The translations under genes were made by a program, and so were the position numbers. Shown here piece after piece: positions 17,027 through 25,779 of a stretch of DNA of 52,335 nt (its first letter is position 1; each line of letters begins with the position of its first letter). The DNA is taken from the NCBI GenBank assembly GCA_004376465.1, contig SOJU01000252.1, positions 1-52,335 on the forward strand, in the 5' to 3' direction. Origin of the DNA: Anaerolineales bacterium. Its GTDB lineage: Bacteria; Chloroflexota; Anaerolineae; Anaerolineales; E44-bin32. The notes under the pieces were generated by a model. It worked only from the letters and a program-made list of their open reading frames with translations, had not been told where the DNA came from and did not search any database.

Positions 17027-18064
17027 ATGTTTCTAAACACATCAAATCCATGTCCCAAAAAGGCGCTTGCTCGTTTGATTATCACGATTATTGCGGTAAT
17101 GATCATGGGGCTCGTGGTTGCGGCTTGTGGTGGTCCTTCTGCACCAGCAGATGGTCCAGTCGAAAGTTCATCCCCAACTCCCGCACCGACGGAGATGCAA
17201 GAACCCATCGTCGAGCCGACAAAGGATGTTTACCCGCTTACGAGTGTTGACGGCATGGACCGCGAGGTGGTTCTTGTTAGCCCAGCGCAGCGAATTGTGT
17301 CCATTGCGCCATCCAACACTGAGATACTCTTCGCTATCGGGGCGGGAGATCAAGTTGTCGGTCGGGACGAGGTCTCGGATTACCCTCCTGAAGCGCTCGA
17401 GGTCGCCAGCATTGGCAGCACCTATGGAGAACTCAACACCGAGGCCATTTTAGCGTTGGAGCCCGATCTTGTGCTTGCAGCGACAATCACCAGCCCGGAG
17501 CAGGTACAAACCCTCGATGTTCTTGGTATTCCTGTCTTCCTGCTCGCAAACCCGGAGGATTTCTCGGGCTTGCTTGAAAACATTAGGGTAGTAGGCATTC
17601 TGACCGGGCATGATGCCGAGGCTGAAGCGCTCGCGGTGGGACTTGAGGCGAGGATTGAAGTGGTGACTCAGAAAGCAGCAGACGCGGGGCTCGTGAGCGT
17701 GTTTTATGAAGTTGACGGCACGGATCCGACCGCGCCCTGGACAACGGGAGCCGGAACTTTCCAGGACGTACTCATCGGTCTCGTCGGTGGTGAGAACATC
17801 GCCGCCGACATCGCCGGGTGGGGGCAAATGAGTTTGGAGGAGATCGTCACCCGCAATCCCCAGGTCGTCATTTTCGGTGAGGGACCGTGGGTCCCGACGA
17901 CGGTCGAATCCTATTCAGATCGTTCCGGTTGGGGGGAGATCGCCGCTGTCGTTGATGGCCGTGTCTATGGAATTGACACGAATTGGGTCGATCGTCCCGG
18001 GCCGCGGCTTGTGGACGCGCTTGAAGAAATGGCGTTGATGATCCACCCGGAGCTCTTTGAATAA
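17027..18064 (+). CDS. ABC transporter periplasmic binding protein, cobalamin/siderophore (BtuF/class 8) type, lipoprotein
   Basis: It has a signal peptide with lipobox VVAACGG and an acidic/Pro linker. RIVSIAPSNTEILFAIGAGDQVVG and EPDLVLA are typical of BtuF-like PBPs. Confidence 0.85.
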   Translation: MFLNTSNPCPKKALARLIITIIAVMIMGLVVAACGGPSAPADGPVESSSPTPAPTEMQEPIVEPTKDVYPLTSVDGMDREVVLVSPAQRIVSIAPSNTEILFAIGAGDQVVGRDEVSDYPPEALEVASIGSTYGELNTEAILALEPDLVLAATITSPEQVQTLDVLGIPVFLLANPEDFSGLLENIRVVGILTGHDAEAEALAVGLEARIEVVTQKAADAGLVSVFYEVDGTDPTAPWTTGAGTFQDVLIGLVGGENIAADIAGWGQMSLEEIVTRNPQVVIFGEGPWVPTTVESYSDRSGWGEIAAVVDGRVYGIDTNWVDRPGPRLVDALEEMALMIHPELFE

Positions 18065-18066
18065 AC

Positions 18067-19146
18067 ATGGGAGGCTCTAGAACGAACGCATCACTGGAAC
18101 CAGTGAAACCGCAGGGCGTCAGGCGATATTTGCCTTGGATATGGTCGGGATCGGCATTGATCGTTATGCTGTTCGTAAGCGTGGCGGTTGGTCCGGTCAA
18201 GATCCCCTTGCCGGATCTCGGGAGGATGCTGTTCGATCTATTACCCGGACTACAACTAGAGGCGGACTGGTCGCGGACGTTTGCGACGATCGTATACCAG
18301 ATCCGCCTGCCGAACACAGCCTTGATGGCCTTAGCTGGCATGGCTCTTGGTGGAAGCGGAGCCGCATATCAGGGATTATTCCGGAACCCACTGGCCGATC
18401 CGTATATCATCGGCGTGGCCTCCGGAGCGGGTCTTGGGGCGGTGTTAGCCATGGCTGCAAACTGGCCGGTCAGCCTGTTAGGGATGGCAACGGTTCCGCT
18501 TGCTGCTTTCATCGCCGCGCTGATCACGGTTGCCATTGTATACGCTATCGCCCGCGTGGGCCGCTCCACGCCGGTGACTACCCTGATTCTAGCCGGAGTA
18601 GCGGTCAGCTCCTTCGCAACTGCGATGACGAGCTTAATCATGCTGCTGTCGACCGACGAACTTCATCGAGCGGTGAATTGGATGGTTGGCGGTTTTGCGT
18701 TGGGCGGTTGGGAGCCCGTTTTGGTATCTTTGCCCTACCTTCTCATTGGATTGGCCGTACTAGCGCTCCTCGGACGACAGCTTAACGTACTCCAATTTGG
18801 CGATGAACAGGCGCGCCAAATGGGCTTGGATGTCGAACGCTCCAAGCTGATTATCGTAGTGGCGGCATCCTTGGTCGCCGCGACCGCGGTGGCTTTCTCA
18901 GGCATTATTGCATTTGTGGGGTTGATAGTGCCTCATGTTGTGCGCCTGCTCTGGGGACCGGATTACCGACGCACCCTCCCACTGGCAATCTTGGTGGGCG
19001 GCAGTTTCTTGTTGGCGGCTGATGTTGTGGCGAGGGTGATACTTGCCCCTCGAGAGCTGCCGGTGGGGGTTATTACTGCCGTGGTTGGGGCGCCATTCTT
19101 CCTTTGGCTCCTGTACCAAACAAAAGGGATGGGGCGGGTCTGGTGA
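18067..19146 (+). CDS. FecCD/BtuC-family ABC transporter permease
   Basis: The protein is multi-TM. RLPNTALMALAGMALGGSGAAYQGLFRNPLADPYIIGVASGA is the FecCD signature. Confidence 0.9.
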   Translation: MGGSRTNASLEPVKPQGVRRYLPWIWSGSALIVMLFVSVAVGPVKIPLPDLGRMLFDLLPGLQLEADWSRTFATIVYQIRLPNTALMALAGMALGGSGAAYQGLFRNPLADPYIIGVASGAGLGAVLAMAANWPVSLLGMATVPLAAFIAALITVAIVYAIARVGRSTPVTTLILAGVAVSSFATAMTSLIMLLSTDELHRAVNWMVGGFALGGWEPVLVSLPYLLIGLAVLALLGRQLNVLQFGDEQARQMGLDVERSKLIIVVAASLVAATAVAFSGIIAFVGLIVPHVVRLLWGPDYRRTLPLAILVGGSFLLAADVVARVILAPRELPVGVITAVVGAPFFLWLLYQTKGMGRVW

Positions 19147-19919
19147 GATACGAACTACGCCTCGAACGGGCAGCCCTGGGTTACGGAATGGAACCTGTCC
19201 TACAGGATGTTACTCTATCGGTGCAACCGGGCGAAATACTTGCCATTGTAGGACCCAATGGGGTTGGTAAATCGACGTTGGTCAAAGGCGCATGTGGGAG
19301 CTTGCCGTTAATGGACGGTGAAGTCTTGATCGGGGGCCAAAACCTGAGAGAACTCAAGCCAGACCGGCGGGCACGGATGGTCTCGGTCGTATCACAGGCT
19401 GTGAATCTCCCACCCTCATTCTGTGCCTTAGATGTTGTGTTGATGGGCCGGACACCCTATCTCGGCTGGCTAGAGCAAGAAAGCGATCGCGATCGCCAGA
19501 TCGCGATGGAGGCAATGGCACGGACCGAGACGATCGACCTCGCCGAGCGTCCCATCGGTGAGTTGTCCGGGGGTGAACAGCAGAGGGTTCTCATCGCCAG
19601 GGCGCTGGCACAGTCGACACCTGTAATGTTGTTAGATGAGCCAACAGCACATCTCGACTTGAGACACCAGGATAATTTACTCAAACTCGTGCGTGATCTG
19701 GCGTTCGTCGATAACCTGGCGGTAATGATCACGCTCCATGACCTGAATCTTGTAGCGCGATTCGCGGATCGAGTGGCTTTGCTATCGGATGGTCGGGTGC
19801 GTAAAATTGGCACCCCGGCCGAAATTCTAACTCCCGATGAACTGGCCGAGGTGTATGGGATCCGCATTCATGTGATCCCCCATCCATTGGATGGGAAACC
19901 ACTCGTTCTATCCGGTTAA
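19143..19919 (+). CDS. ABC transporter ATP-binding protein (BtuD/FepC-like)
   Basis: The GTG start overlaps the permease stop (GTGA). Walker A is GPNGVGKST, the signature is LSGGEQQR, and Walker B is MLLDEPTAHLD. Confidence 0.9.
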   Translation: MRYELRLERAALGYGMEPVLQDVTLSVQPGEILAIVGPNGVGKSTLVKGACGSLPLMDGEVLIGGQNLRELKPDRRARMVSVVSQAVNLPPSFCALDVVLMGRTPYLGWLEQESDRDRQIAMEAMARTETIDLAERPIGELSGGEQQRVLIARALAQSTPVMLLDEPTAHLDLRHQDNLLKLVRDLAFVDNLAVMITLHDLNLVARFADRVALLSDGRVRKIGTPAEILTPDELAEVYGIRIHVIPHPLDGKPLVLSG

Positions 19920-19948
19920 TTCAAAACTTTAATTGTAAGGAGTCGAAA

Positions 19949-20584
19949 ATGCCGACAATCGACCAGGCCAGAGATTGGTATGACGCCAACGACCCGGTCC
20001 ATGGGTTGGGCCACATCCTGAGAGTTCTGGCTCTGACGGAAAGGATGGGCGATGAACTGGGCGCCGACCTTGAAGTGCTGCGGGCGGCGGCTCTTCTTCA
20101 CGATGCCTCTGGAGCGCACCCAGGTGAGGGTGATGATCGCCAATCTCACGAGCAGACGTCGGCGCTTTTTGCCGGAGAGGTATTAAAAAAAGAGGGCTGG
20201 AAACAAACACGAATAGACGCCGTCCAGCATTGTATTTGCGCTCACCGTTTCCGCGGCAACGAATCACCAGAGACTTTGGAGGCGAAGATCTTATTCGATG
20301 CTGATAAGCTGGATGTAATGGGGGCATTCGGAGCAGCGCGCACGCTCGGCTATGCCTTGCAGGCTGGGCAACCTTTCTTCGCTGAGCCATCGGAACATTT
20401 TCTGCGCACCGGTGAGACCGAGGAGGGTGAGGCTCACAGCGCTTATCATGAGTACCTCTTTAAATTATGTAAGGTGAAGGACCAGCTTCACACCGGACCA
20501 GCACGGCGCATGGCCGAAGAACGGCATGCTGTGCTGACGGCATTTTTTAACCAAATGGCCGTCGAAGCTCGTGTGGCGAGTTGA
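19949..20584 (+). CDS. HD-domain metal-dependent phosphohydrolase
   Basis: The H...HD...D pattern is present: GLGHILRV, AALLHDAS, LFDADKLD. It starts 29 nt after the ABC ATPase gene. Confidence 0.8.
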   Translation: MPTIDQARDWYDANDPVHGLGHILRVLALTERMGDELGADLEVLRAAALLHDASGAHPGEGDDRQSHEQTSALFAGEVLKKEGWKQTRIDAVQHCICAHRFRGNESPETLEAKILFDADKLDVMGAFGAARTLGYALQAGQPFFAEPSEHFLRTGETEEGEAHSAYHEYLFKLCKVKDQLHTGPARRMAEERHAVLTAFFNQMAVEARVAS

Positions 20585-20655
20585 TTTGTCCGTAATCTGT
20601 ATGGGTACGATGCCGCGAATTGACCTGCTAACATTCACCTGTTATTATCCGCGCC

Positions 20656-21486
20656 GTGATGACAGATAACGAGCGCCCCCTAATCCTGCTAACCAATGAC
20701 GATGGAATCCAGTCACCCGCTTTGTGGGCGGCAGCTGAGGCGCTTTCAGCGATCGGGTTTGTCACCGTTGCAGCTCCTCGGGAGCAGTCATCGGGCGCGG
20801 GGCGCAGTATGCCCGTCACCTCGGACGGTAAATTAGTTGAAGAACAGGTTAATGTCCGGGGAAAGAATTGGAAAGTCTATGCCGTTGGCGGTTCACCTGC
20901 GCAAGCCGTGCAGCACGGCATCCTGGAATTGATGCCGCGGCGACCGGATCTTGTGGTCGCAGGAATTAATTACGGCGAGAATCTCACGACCGGCATCACC
21001 GTCTCCGGGACGGTAGGAGCAGCGCTCGAAGGGGCATCCTTCGGTGTGCCTGCGCTCGCAGTATCACTTGAGGTGCCTGCTGAGTTTTACTTATCACATT
21101 CAGACACAATCGACTTCCGCGTCGCAAAGCATTTCACAGCATATTTTGCCAGAGTTCTCATAGGGATGAAACCCATGACGGACGTTGATGTGTTGAAAGT
21201 GGATATCCCATCTGATGCGTCGGAGACTACTGAGTGGCGCATGACAAGACTCTCGCGCCAGAAATATTATGTCCCGGTGGTATCGCCAAGGGAGCGGCTC
21301 GAAGATCCGGCCCATATCCAGTTCGAGATTAAGTTAGATAGGGATAAAATTGAGCTAGATTCAGACGTCTATGCGCTGCGCATTGATCGCAAAGTATCCG
21401 TAACCCCAATAAGCCTCGACACAACATCGCGCGTGGATTTCGTTGAATTGGAAAATCACCTAAAATCTAAGGGATCGCAGGGTTAA
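20656..21486 (+). CDS. surE: 5'/3'-nucleotidase SurE
   Basis: The N-terminal ILLTNDDGIQSPAL and GINYGENLTTGITVSGTVGAA are canonical SurE motifs. Confidence 0.9.
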   Translation: MMTDNERPLILLTNDDGIQSPALWAAAEALSAIGFVTVAAPREQSSGAGRSMPVTSDGKLVEEQVNVRGKNWKVYAVGGSPAQAVQHGILELMPRRPDLVVAGINYGENLTTGITVSGTVGAALEGASFGVPALAVSLEVPAEFYLSHSDTIDFRVAKHFTAYFARVLIGMKPMTDVDVLKVDIPSDASETTEWRMTRLSRQKYYVPVVSPRERLEDPAHIQFEIKLDRDKIELDSDVYALRIDRKVSVTPISLDTTSRVDFVELENHLKSKGSQG

Positions 21487-21564
21487 ATAAACAACCCCTG
21501 TTCACATCCTGGTTCCCCAAAAATATTTTGTGTGTGACCTAGTGGATTTGCGCTACGTTTCTCT

Positions 21565-21586
21565 GCCCGGAGTTGAACCTCCGGGC
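21565..21586. terminator. GC-rich hairpin between convergent surE and the response-regulator gene
   Basis: GCCCGGAG-TTGAAC-CTCCGGGC forms a perfect 8-bp stem. The flanking T-runs are only modest. Confidence 0.45.
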
Positions 21587-21667
21587 TCAGTTCTTAGATA
21601 ACATCCCGCAAGTTTTGGAGGAGAAACCACATCAACTATTCTTCGCTGTTCGGGATCTGTCGGGGGA

Positions 21668-22291
21668 TTACTTCTCGTGCTGAGACATAAGCGCTTCCAA
21701 TGTGCGCAGTTCGTCCTCTATCTGATCGCGCTGGAATTTTGTTTGTGCTAGCAACGCCTCAAAAGCGGGGCGTTGTTCAGTGGGCACTGTCTCCACAAGG
21801 CGCTGGGCACGACGGATCTGATTCTCTTTATGGAGCAGCTTCTCTTGAAGGCGATCGGAATAGCCTTTTTGGAAGGCTTGATCGGGGAGAGGTTTAGGCT
21901 GCACAAAGGGTTCGCCGGTAAGAACTTCCGCTACGGATAGAAGCAACTCGGAAGCCTCAATGGGTTTTTCCAAAAAGCGAACTGCCCCTAAGCTCATGGC
22001 GAATTCTTTATCTTCAGGGGTAATGAAGGTTGCAGACAGGAATATGATCGGAATGTCGCGCGTCTCTGGGTTGCTGCGCACTTCCTGGGCGAGTGCATAC
22101 CCATCGAGTCTTGGCATGAGGATGTCTGTAAGAATTAATGCGGGCTTTTCAGTTAGGAGAGCATTAAGAGCCTCATCGCCGTTACGAGCCGTGATTACAT
22201 CATAGCCTTTAAACTTCAGCGTAACTTCGAGCAATTCGAGGATGTGGGGGATGTCTTCTACGATGAGGATTGGACCCTGCTGTTGGCTCAT
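21668..22291 (-). CDS. Response regulator: receiver domain + C-terminal coiled-coil, no recognisable output domain
   Basis: ILIVEDIPH...ALILTDILMPRLDGY...PIIFLSA is the REC signature. The C-terminal 80 aa are helical and charged. Confidence 0.85.
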   Translation of the reverse strand: MSQQQGPILIVEDIPHILELLEVTLKFKGYDVITARNGDEALNALLTEKPALILTDILMPRLDGYALAQEVRSNPETRDIPIIFLSATFITPEDKEFAMSLGAVRFLEKPIEASELLLSVAEVLTGEPFVQPKPLPDQAFQKGYSDRLQEKLLHKENQIRRAQRLVETVPTEQRPAFEALLAQTKFQRDQIEDELRTLEALMSQHEK

Positions 22292-22388
22292 ATCGTTGAT
22301 TGTAACCCGAGATCTGCGGAAGGCAATCCCCAGAGAGAGGGCATGCCGAAAACTGAACGTCTAGAAACAGGATGGCGGCAAGCCTCGC

Positions 22389-23615
22389 CTAGATGGTCCA
22401 AAGGGATATGGTTTCGATGTGGAATGTCTGGGGGAACAAGTCGATCGGGGTAATGCTCTCCAGTGAATATCCGCCTGCTCGCAAACGCTTCCCATCACGG
22501 CTGAGCGTGGCGGGATCACACGAGATATAGACGATGCGAGAGGGGGAGCGCTCTAGGAGTGCATCGAGCGCTGCTCTTGACAAGCCGGCGCGCGGTGGGT
22601 CGATGAGCACGGCGTCGGGTTGGGGCTTGATCTGAGGCAGGGCCATGCCGACAGCCCCTTCGTAAAGATCGATTTGTGTGAAATGATCAAGGTTGAAGCT
22701 GAAATCACGACAAGCGTGGGGAGACTCCTCGACTGCCACAACATGGACATCGGATTCTGCAATAGCAGCGCTGAACAAACCTACACCTGAATAAAGGTCG
22801 AAGACGGTTTGTCCGGGTTGGATGGACAGCAGTGTTGTCGCCTGTTGAACGAGTTCCGGGATTGTTTTCGTGTTCACCTGGAAGAACGAAAGAGCGGAGA
22901 CGCGGAATTGATGGTGATCTATTTCAAAATAAAGATGATCTTGACCGGCGAGGATAAAATCCCCGCGGGGGCTGGTCCACACTACGGATGTGGGGGTTTC
23001 GATCGAGATCTCGAGATCCGGAGCATCCGTCCCGTGAATAATGACCATCTGCTCCCCCTCGCCTCCGTTGCGCAGGGAGATGTTTTCCATTGCTCTGGTG
23101 GGGTTGAGGTCAAACTGAGCCCAGAGATCGGTTAGTTCCTGCTCGGGAAGGTGGCACTCCTTGACATGGAACACCCGTTGCTTATCGAAGGTGACGAAGC
23201 CAAGGTCGCCATCCTCGGTGAGGTGGAAACGCATGTTATTCCGGTAATTCCATGGCTCAAGCGAAGCGATGGGTGATCGCAAAGGAGGATCCTCGAACCC
23301 ACCGATCCGTACAAGTTGATCGCGCACGACATCCGCCTTGATCTCCAGTTGAAGCGCATAGGGAATGTGCTGGTAATGGCACCCACCGCAGGTTTGAAAG
23401 TGTGGGCAGCGCGGCTCGATTCGTTGATCTGAGGTTTCGATCCATTTTTCGGGCAACGCTCTAGCCCAATGCTTGTGTTCTTCGACCAGGTGAACGCGCA
23501 CCACTTCCCCGGGGATGGTGAAGGGGACGAAGACCATGCGCCCATCGACATCGCGGCCGAAGGATTCGCCCCCGTATGCGTTGCCGGTTAGTGTGAGTTC
23601 AAGAGTTTCTGACAT
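22389..23615 (-). CDS. 23S rRNA (uracil-C5)-methyltransferase, RumA/RlmD family (TRAM + 4Fe-4S + SAM-MTase)
   Basis: I trimmed the start to the ATG at 23615. It has a TRAM-like N-terminus, the Cys cluster CPHFQTCGGCHYQH, DLYSGVGLFS (SAM motif I), and the C-terminal VYISCDPATLSRD. Confidence 0.85.
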   Translation of the reverse strand: MSETLELTLTGNAYGGESFGRDVDGRMVFVPFTIPGEVVRVHLVEEHKHWARALPEKWIETSDQRIEPRCPHFQTCGGCHYQHIPYALQLEIKADVVRDQLVRIGGFEDPPLRSPIASLEPWNYRNNMRFHLTEDGDLGFVTFDKQRVFHVKECHLPEQELTDLWAQFDLNPTRAMENISLRNGGEGEQMVIIHGTDAPDLEISIETPTSVVWTSPRGDFILAGQDHLYFEIDHHQFRVSALSFFQVNTKTIPELVQQATTLLSIQPGQTVFDLYSGVGLFSAAIAESDVHVVAVEESPHACRDFSFNLDHFTQIDLYEGAVGMALPQIKPQPDAVLIDPPRAGLSRAALDALLERSPSRIVYISCDPATLSRDGKRLRAGGYSLESITPIDLFPQTFHIETISLWTI

Positions 23616-23869
23616 AAGTGCACGTTGGAAGTGTAGCTTGTTCTGGTGGATTCGCGCCAGTATCTCACAAATATCCATGTCGCAATTGACGTCCTTTCAC
23701 AAGGCGCGATGTGGTCATGCCCTAACGAGTGATTGATCGCCCAGGGCCTCGATTCTATGTTTGCAATATGCAAGCGATCCCTGCCCGCAGCGGAACGAAG
23801 GGTTTTATCCCCCTTTTGACGCTAAATTCAATAAAACGTATATAAACCTCAATAATATTAATATAACAC

Positions 23870-23897
23870 TTGACAATTATTAAAAACGTGCTATTTT
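23870..23897 (+). promoter_or_regulatory. Sigma-70-like promoter for the 24.2-28.2 kb operon
   Basis: The sequence is TTGACA-16 nt-TATTTT. About 60 nt of very AT-rich, UP-element-like sequence (AATAATATTAATATAAC) precedes it. Confidence 0.45.
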
Positions 23898-23948
23898 GAA
23901 GCGAGATAATTGAGGATCATTGCTAAAAAATTAAAATGGAGTCCCAAA

Positions 23949-24209
23949 ATGGACAACACATTTTATTTGAAGCTACTCGCTGAAGTGCATCAGAGTTGCT
24001 TATTAGAGGATGGGGGGCAAACGCATCTCCACCCCGGGCAACCGCGCATAGCCTCCCCTGCATTACGAAAAGCGATCGTGACGGGTGGTAGCTTCTTGAT
24101 TCGGACTGGCGAGGCGTTAAAAGGAATTGGAGTGCCCGGTGAAATGTCCCCGTTCTCTTCAAATGGCCCGAGGGCATCGATGGGGAATAACCCATCTGTT
24201 GAAGCCTAG
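23949..24209 (+). CDS. Possible small leader ORF (86 aa), no recognisable family
   Basis: An ATG has GGAG 7 nt upstream. The composition is not obviously protein-like (Gly/Pro/Ser-rich C-terminus). This stretch could instead be a long 5' UTR. Confidence 0.25.
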   Translation: MDNTFYLKLLAEVHQSCLLEDGGQTHLHPGQPRIASPALRKAIVTGGSFLIRTGEALKGIGVPGEMSPFSSNGPRASMGNNPSVEA

Positions 24210-24247
24210 TGGACGGCGAAGGATTTCCACGAAGGAAGTGGTGAGAA

Positions 24248-24622
24248 ATGAATCAAATGCTTACGACCTGCCCGGTCTGTGAGGAACGCCTCTCGATTAC
24301 ACGCTTTCACTGTCGCAACTGCGACACCACGATCGATGGACATTTCGATATTGGCCGCTTCGGGAGATTGAGTGCTGAGCAGATTAACTTTCTTGAAGTC
24401 TTCGTACGCTGCGAGGGAAAGCTAAGTCGAATGGAACCCGAATTGGAGTTGTCGTATCCTACACTCAGGGCACGGTTGACAGAGATCATTCGTTCGTTGG
24501 GCTTCCCGGTAGGACCTGAGACGAAACTGATTAATGATGAGGAGCGGCACAAGATCCTCGACGACCTGGCAAGCGGGAAATTGACTTCTGAGGAGGCCAT
24601 GCAGCTTCTGGAAGTTGACTGA
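24248..24622 (+). CDS. DUF2089-type regulator: N-terminal Zn-ribbon + HTH + C-terminal SHOCT-like bihelix
   Basis: The Zn-ribbon is CPVCEERL...CRNCDTTI. The HTH region is LSAEQINFLEVFVRCEGKLSRMEPELELSYPTLRARL. The C-terminus is ERHKILDDLASGKLTSEEAMQLL. Confidence 0.85.
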   Translation: MNQMLTTCPVCEERLSITRFHCRNCDTTIDGHFDIGRFGRLSAEQINFLEVFVRCEGKLSRMEPELELSYPTLRARLTEIIRSLGFPVGPETKLINDEERHKILDDLASGKLTSEEAMQLLEVD

Positions 24623-24663
24623 ATAGTTGAGGTAGACCTGGTAAGCGGGAGGAGGTTGGCACT

Positions 24664-25779
24664 GTGGAAAAAGTGACACTTGAGATTGGCGAAAGCCCTC
24701 TGGTGAAAATCACGACAATCGGCGGGGATCTGCGTCTTTCGGGGCGGGATGAGCCCATCCTAGAGGCACAGGCGCCGGATAAGGGGAAGCTGCAAGTAGA
24801 TGAGATCGAAGAGGGAGTAGAAATCACTGCGAACTCAGGCTGCATCCTTTTCTTACCGAAAGACGCGCGTCTCGAGGTCGGCGAGGTTGGTGGGGACTGT
24901 AGGGTCACCGATTTGGGAAACGAGTTCATGATTCGTACGATTGGAGGAGATTTGAGCTTACGCAGGGTTGGGGCGGCGACCTTTGAAACGATCGGCGGGG
25001 ATTTTCAGAGCAGGCATATTGAGGGGAATTTAACCGTCGACCGTATTGGCGGGGACGCCGTGATTCACAAAGTCAAGGGTGATATCCATCTGCGAGGAGT
25101 GGGGGGGGACCTGATGCTTAACGATAGCTCTGGCCAGGTGAACGCATTTGTTGGCGGAGATGCTTTAGTCACTCTGGCGACCCCTGAAGGCTCTCACTCA
25201 AAAGTGCAGGCTGGCAGCGACCTTTCCTGCCGGATAGCTCCTGAGTCATCGGTGAACGTGTCCTTATCCGCAGGTGGCGATCTGGATTATCCATTAGTAG
25301 TGGAGTCCAAAGAGCAGGGTGAAGGTGTCGCTTTTCAGCTTGGTGACGGCGAAGCGGAACTAGAGCTTACAGCTGGTGGAGATCTCTGCCTTCAAACGGG
25401 ATTGAGGCAGGATGATTACGAAGACGATTGGGTCGGAGAGATACTAACCGAGGTAGACGCGAAGCTGGCAGAAGTGGAGGCGCGCTTCAATGTTATGGGC
25501 ACGGGGATGTACGGCTTCGATGCAGATCGAATTGGTGAGCGCGTCCGCCGTGCGGTTCGACGTGCAGAGCGCAGGGCAAGCGGAAAGGCAAAACGCAAAG
25601 CGGCGAAGGAAAAGAGGAAGACGGGCTCGTCTTTCTCATGGAAAGCGCCTGGATTCGGTGACGCCGTAGAACCTGCGACCGATGAGGAACGTTTAACGAT
25701 CCTGCGCATGGTTGAAGAAGGCAAGGTTTCGGTCTCAGAAGCCGAAGCTTTACTCAAGGTCCTGGAGGGAGAATCTTGA
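24664..25779 (+). CDS. DUF4097 'toastrack' beta-helix repeat protein (LiaX/YvlB-like) with basic linker and C-terminal SHOCT-like bihelix
   Basis: The GTG start has GGGAGGAGG 8 nt upstream. About 11 repeats of the x-GGD-x type (TIGGDLRLSG, VGGDCRV, TIGGDLSL, RIGGDAVI, VGGDLML, AGGDLDY...) are present. A K/R-rich stretch spans residues 292-320. The C-terminus is ERLTILRMVEEGKVSVSEAEALLKVL. Confidence 0.85.
   Translation: MEKVTLEIGESPLVKITTIGGDLRLSGRDEPILEAQAPDKGKLQVDEIEEGVEITANSGCILFLPKDARLEVGEVGGDCRVTDLGNEFMIRTIGGDLSLRRVGAATFETIGGDFQSRHIEGNLTVDRIGGDAVIHKVKGDIHLRGVGGDLMLNDSSGQVNAFVGGDALVTLATPEGSHSKVQAGSDLSCRIAPESSVNVSLSAGGDLDYPLVVESKEQGEGVAFQLGDGEAELELTAGGDLCLQTGLRQDDYEDDWVGEILTEVDAKLAEVEARFNVMGTGMYGFDADRIGERVRRAVRRAERRASGKAKRKAAKEKRKTGSSFSWKAPGFGDAVEPATDEERLTILRMVEEGKVSVSEAEALLKVLEGES

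Noticed and set aside
16707-17208. ORFs 16707-17000 (-), 16720-16905 (+) and 16963-17208 (-).
   Set aside because: They overlap the cobalamin riboswitch, its terminator and the 5' end of the BtuF-like gene. The RNA element explains the conservation-like sequence features.
23910-24209. The 99-aa version of the leader ORF starting at TTG 23910.
   Set aside because: It would start only about 6-13 nt after the predicted transcription start, with no SD. If the ORF is real, the internal ATG at 23949 with a GGAG is the better start. Even that is kept at low confidence.
23898-24247. A known structured RNA in the operon leader: c-di-GMP-I/GEMM, ydaO/c-di-AMP or cobalamin riboswitch, RNase P, tmRNA or SRP RNA.
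   Set aside because: There are superficial matches (GGCAAAC..., GCGCATAGCCTCCCC, CCGGTGAAAT). I could not build the required P1/P2 helices or find the invariant blocks (for example ACGCAAAGC, ACAGCUAACC, GGAAAGUCCGGGC). An Infernal scan would be decisive.
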